The notes under the pieces are model-generated. The model made no database searches. It was given only the letters and a program-made list of their open reading frames with translations, and had not been told where the DNA came from. 32,000 nucleotides of DNA from contig CAWJMG010000003.1 of NCBI GenBank assembly GCA_963843975.1, positions 2,040,001 through 2,072,000 on the forward strand. The letters are read 5' to 3'. This document shows positions 28,503 to 32,000 of the stretch, in pieces. The DNA comes from an uncultured Actinomycetes bacterium. Lineage in GTDB: Bacteria > Actinomycetota > Actinomycetes > S36-B12 > CAIYMF01. A program made the translations under genes and the position numbers. Within the stretch, counting starts at the first letter, position 1. Every line of letters starts with the position of its first letter.

Positions 28503-30527
28503 TCAGGGCGTACGCGCCCCGAGGGCCGCGGCGAGGGCGCCCGGGTCCGTGACGGGTGCGTCGCAGGTGAAGTGCCGGCAGACGTACGCCGCCGGATCCC
28601 CGCCCACGAGCGGTCGACCGGCGAGCAGGGGGTGGTCGGCACCGACCGGGCCGACGGCGAGGACGGACCCGGGGGCCGTCGACCGCAGCGCCGACCGCCG
28701 CAGCGCCTGCGTCGCCGGGTCGGCGGGATCGCCGACCACGGCCACCTCGCGCGGCCCGTCGAGCCACGCCTCGAGGGCCGCGTGCGCCCAGCCGCCGAAC
28801 CGCGCGTGGCTCGCCACGAGGCGCACGAGCAGGCCGAGGGACTCCTCCGCCGCCGTGCGGTGCCGCTCGCTCCCCGTCAGTGCGGCGTACGTCAGCAGCG
28901 CCTGCGTCGTGGCCGTCCAGCCGCTCGGGCTCGCGTTGTCGGTCGGGTCCTGCGGGCGCACGACGAGAGCCTCTGCGTCGGCCGCGGTGTCGTAGAAGCC
29001 GCCCGCGGGGTCGCGGAAGCGGTCGAGGGCGTCGTCGAGCAGCGCACCCGCCTCGTCGAGCCAGCGCCGCTCGCCCGTCACCTGGTGCAGCGCGAGCAGG
29101 CCGTCGGCGAGGCAGCCGTGGTCCTCGAGCACACCGGCGTGCGCGCCCGCACGGCCGTCGCGCGAGACGCGCAGCAGCCGGCCGTCGGCGTCGCGGTGCA
29201 CGGCGAGGACGTGGTCGGCCGCGAGCAGCGCGGCGTCGACGTACGACTGCTCGTCGAGCAGGGCGCCCGCCTCCGCGAGGGCCGCGATCGTGAGCCCGTT
29301 CCACGCGGTGACGACCTTGTCGTCGCGTGCGGGTTGCGGCCTCGTGTCGCGCGCGAGCAGCAGCTGGGCGCGTACGTCGGCCCAGCGGACGGCGTCGTCC
29401 GGATCCTCGAGCAGCTGCAGCACCGACGATCCATGCTCGAACGTGCCGGAGGCCGTGACGTCGAGAAGCGTTGCGGCCCAGGCACCATCGGCCTCGCCGA
29501 TCAGTTCGGCAAGCTGCTGGGGTGTCCACACGTAGGTGAGACCCTCGACGCCTGCGGTGTCGGCGTCGAGCGCCGAGGCGAAGGCGCCCTCGGCGGTGCG
29601 CAGTCGCGAGAGCAGGAAGCCTGCCGTCTCGTGCGTCACCCGCTCGGCGAGCGGAGACCCGGTCGCACGCCACCAGTGCGCATAGACCCGCAGCAGCTGC
29701 GCGTTGTCGTAGAGCATCTTCTCGAAGTGCGGCACGACCCAGTCGGCGTCGACCGAGTAGCGCGCGAAGCCGCCGTCGAGCTGGTCGTAGAGGCCGCCGC
29801 GCGCCATCGCGTCGCACGTGCCCTCGGCCATCGTGAGGGCGCGCGGGTCGCCGGTGCGGGCGTACGACCGCAGCAGCGCCTCGAGCACCATCGACGGCGG
29901 GAACTTCGGCGCACCGCCGAAGCCGCCACGCTGCAGGTCGAAGTGGCCGGCGAGCGAGTCCACCGCTCTGTCGAGCGCCGACCGCACGGCGTCCGGGTCG
30001 AGCGCGTCCGGCGTGCCGAGGTCGAGGCGCGTCTCGCGCAGCGCGGCCGTGATGCGTCCGGCGGCGCCGTCCACCTCGCCGCGCTGCTCGGTCCACGAGC
30101 GGTGGATCGAGGTGATCAGCTGCCCGAACGACGGCATCCCGTGCCGAGGCTGGGGCGGGAAGTAGGTGCCGGCGTAGAAGGGCTCGCCGCGCGGCGTCAT
30201 GAACACCGTCATCGGCCAGCCCCCGCTGCCGGTGAGGGCCTGCGTCGCGCTCATGTAGACGGCGTCGACGTCGGGCCGTTCCTCGCGGTCGACCTTGATC
30301 GCGACGAACCGGCCGCTCAGGAAGTTCGCGATCCGCTCGTCCTCGAACGACTCGTGCGCCATCACGTGGCACCAGTGGCACGCGGCGTACCCGACGCTCA
30401 GCAGGATCGGCAGGTCGAGACGACGCGCCTCCTCGAAGGCCTCGTCCGACCACTCCCACCAGTCGACCGGGTTGTCCTGGTGCTGCAGGAGGTACGGCGA
30501 GGTCGCGGACGCGAGTCTGTTCGGCAC
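28503..30527 (-). CDS. thioredoxin domain-containing protein (DUF255/YyaL; N-terminal Trx-like domain plus a six-hairpin glycosidase-like domain), 674 aa
   Basis: SPYLLQHQDNPVDWWEWSDEAF, the active-site-like ACHWCHVM, and VDREERPDVD. The length and domain order match the Rv1084-like family. Confidence 0.93.
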   Translation of the reverse strand: MPNRLASATSPYLLQHQDNPVDWWEWSDEAFEEARRLDLPILLSVGYAACHWCHVMAHESFEDERIANFLSGRFVAIKVDREERPDVDAVYMSATQALTGSGGWPMTVFMTPRGEPFYAGTYFPPQPRHGMPSFGQLITSIHRSWTEQRGEVDGAAGRITAALRETRLDLGTPDALDPDAVRSALDRAVDSLAGHFDLQRGGFGGAPKFPPSMVLEALLRSYARTGDPRALTMAEGTCDAMARGGLYDQLDGGFARYSVDADWVVPHFEKMLYDNAQLLRVYAHWWRATGSPLAERVTHETAGFLLSRLRTAEGAFASALDADTAGVEGLTYVWTPQQLAELIGEADGAWAATLLDVTASGTFEHGSSVLQLLEDPDDAVRWADVRAQLLLARDTRPQPARDDKVVTAWNGLTIAALAEAGALLDEQSYVDAALLAADHVLAVHRDADGRLLRVSRDGRAGAHAGVLEDHGCLADGLLALHQVTGERRWLDEAGALLDDALDRFRDPAGGFYDTAADAEALVVRPQDPTDNASPSGWTATTQALLTYAALTGSERHRTAAEESLGLLVRLVASHARFGGWAHAALEAWLDGPREVAVVGDPADPATQALRRSALRSTAPGSVLAVGPVGADHPLLAGRPLVGGDPAAYVCRHFTCDAPVTDPGALAAALGARTP

Positions 30528-30603
30528 GCGCCCATCCTCACCCAGCTGGTACGCGGCCGCTCCCCCGGCGCCGACCCCGGATCATCCCGGCTGCGCCCGG
30601 AGG

Positions 30604-30910
30604 TCAGGTCGGCAGGCGGCCGTCGCCGTACGTCGTGACGATCTCGCTCACGACGATCCGGTAGCCGTCGTACCAGCGCGCGACCTGGCCCTTGGCCTCG
30701 AGGTGCTGCGGGAAGCGGGAGAAGCTCGGCCAGCGCCTCGCGGTCGGCGAAGTAGTACGTCGCGTTGACCGTCCGCCCGTCCGCGGACTGCCAGGACTCG
30801 ACCCGGTCGAAGCCGGGAAGGCTCCGCGCGAAGGCCTCGATGGCTCCGTCGAGGCGGTGGAACTCGTCGTCGTACTCACCGGGCATGAAGATGAACTGGA
30901 CGCAGATCAT
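30604..30910 (-). pseudogene. antibiotic-biosynthesis-monooxygenase (ABM)-like small protein, interrupted by a 1-nt insertion near 30724
   Basis: From ATG 30910, MICVQFIFMPGEYDDEFHRLDGAIEAFARSLPGFDRVESWQSADGRTVNATYYFADREALAE runs in one frame to 30725. The protein-like continuation FSRFPQHLEAKGQVARWYDGYRIVVSEIVTTYGDGRLPT runs in the next frame from 30723 to the stop at 30604. The total is 101 aa, a normal ABM size. The ATG overlaps the upstream gene's TGA (ATGA). Confidence 0.75.
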
Positions 30911-31683
30911 GCGCTCTCCCGAGGCCCGGTCGACAGGTCAGGTCCGGCACCGAGGAGGCGCCAGGCCACCTCGACGCCCGGTGCGTCGGCGCGCAGGTGG
31001 GTCACGAGAGCCTCACCTGCTGCGTGCAGGTGTCCTTCCTCGACCGGCTCGAGCCCGTCGAGGATGAACAGGATGTCCTCAGTGGTCCCGTCAAGACGCG
31101 TGCGCACGCACTGACGCCAGTTCCAGCGACGGCAGGTCACACCGAGGTCGTCGCGCCAGACGACCTCGCCCTGGTCGGCGGTGACGACGACCTGCTCGCC
31201 GTCGGCGACCGTGTCGAACGCCTCGTCCCCGACCGCCCGCACGAGGCGCGGAAGTCCGACGTAGCGCGCGAGGTTCTCGCCGCCGATCGGGATGAGGTGC
31301 TCGACCGAGACCGCGTTGTAGAGGTCGGTGAGGCGGTCGATGCGCGGAAGCCCGGCGTCGAGCCGTCGCACCAGGGCCTCGACGCTGCTGCGGGCCTGGC
31401 GCGGCTTCACGCCGAAGCCGAGGAAGGCCTCGCGCCACGATGCGATCTCGGGCAGCGACTCCGGGGCAGCGCCGTCGAGCCGGCTGCGAACCGACTCCTC
31501 GGCCTGCCGCAGCGCGGCCTCGCTCCGCTCGTCGCTGGGTCCGCCACGCACCCCGCGCGCCACGATCAGCAGTGCGCGGTAGTCGGGACGCAGGGCGAGC
31601 ACGGCGTCGTCGATGCTCGCCGCTGCGAGGACTGCGTTCGGCGAGGTGCTTCCCGCGCTCGTCACGTCCGGTCCGGCCGGCAT
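30907..31683 (-). CDS. B3/B4 tRNA-binding-domain protein (free-standing homologue of the PheRS beta-subunit B3/4 domain), 258 aa
   Basis: Starts at MPAGPDV (ATG 31683) within track ORF 30907..31986. Conserved core DLYNAVSVEHLIPIGGENL ... GEVVWRDDLGVTCRRWNWRQCVRTRL. The ATG overlaps the TGA of the upstream DinB-like gene (TGATG). Confidence 0.85.
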   Translation of the reverse strand: MPAGPDVTSAGSTSPNAVLAAASIDDAVLALRPDYRALLIVARGVRGGPSDERSEAALRQAEESVRSRLDGAAPESLPEIASWREAFLGFGVKPRQARSSVEALVRRLDAGLPRIDRLTDLYNAVSVEHLIPIGGENLARYVGLPRLVRAVGDEAFDTVADGEQVVVTADQGEVVWRDDLGVTCRRWNWRQCVRTRLDGTTEDILFILDGLEPVEEGHLHAAGEALVTHLRADAPGVEVAWRLLGAGPDLSTGPRESA

Positions 31684-32000
31684 CAGGTGCGGGGGGCGAG
31701 GATCTGCTCGCGCAGGATGTCGCCGTGGCCCGCATGCCGGGCGAAGCTCGCGGATCATGTGCGCGTACACCCAGCGCAGGGTGAGCGGGCTGCGCCGGTT
31801 GTGCAGCACGAGGTCGTCGAGGCCGTACGACCCCGCGATGCCGTTCGACTCCGCGCACGCCTCGCGGTACGCCGCGAGCAGCGACCCGACCGTGTCGCCG
31901 TCGTCGAGCCGCCAGCTGTCGTCCGCCTCCTCGGGGATGCCGAGCTCGGCCCGGGTGCGCCCCGCGAGCCCGACCTGGAACCACACCTGCTCGACGAACG
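31683..32000 (-). pseudogene. DinB/DUF664 family protein, partial (5' end outside the window) and interrupted by a 1-nt insertion near 31746
   Basis: The upstream frame gives ...FVEQVWFQVGLAGR...SPLTLRWVYAHMIRE up to 31747. The family's conserved C-terminus FARHAGHGDILREQILAPRT* is in the next frame (31745-31683). Confidence 0.75.

Noticed and set aside
28468-30638. 663-aa and 688-aa ORFs overlapping the thioredoxin-domain gene
   Set aside because: These are shadow ORFs with Arg/Gly/Pro-dominated translations. Frame 28503..30527 carries the recognisable DUF255/thioredoxin motifs.

Overview
Very GC-rich, densely coding chromosomal segment of an actinobacterium; the genus cannot be determined by eye. 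I can support about 37 protein-coding genes. Three of them are interrupted by single-nucleotide frameshifts. There are also several strong stem-loops at gene ends and a few dyad-symmetric operator or promoter candidates. Gene content and order run: thioredoxin-domain protein, hemolysin-III, Z-prenyl diphosphate synthase, PIN-PhoH2, fumarase, glpX, DUF4245, xseB/xseA, ispH, rmuC, ychF. From memory (no search run), this matches the conserved actinobacterial core block that spans roughly Rv1084-Rv1112 in M. tuberculosis. I saw no rRNA, tRNA, CRISPR array, transposase, integrase or phage genes. I did not find convincing evidence for a new multi-gene system; this looks like an ordinary core region. 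The points worth a second look are: (1) three 1-nt frameshifts in conserved genes (glpX, an ABM monooxygenase, a DinB/DUF664 protein), each hidden by read-through ORFs; (2) a small accessory islet next to ychF with a RelE/Phd toxin-antitoxin pair, a DUF1877-like gene and an unlisted short coding frame; (3) a MerR-type promoter with a 19-nt spacer and a dyad operator upstream of a TipA-like regulator; (4) an AT-rich 19-bp palindrome filling a 29-bp divergent padR intergenic region; (5) a roughly 0.55 kb structured non-coding leader upstream of a secreted transglycosylase-like gene. Many long ORFs in the six-frame track are out-of-frame or antisense shadows, as expected for high-GC DNA. All family assignments rest on motif recognition by eye, not on database searches.
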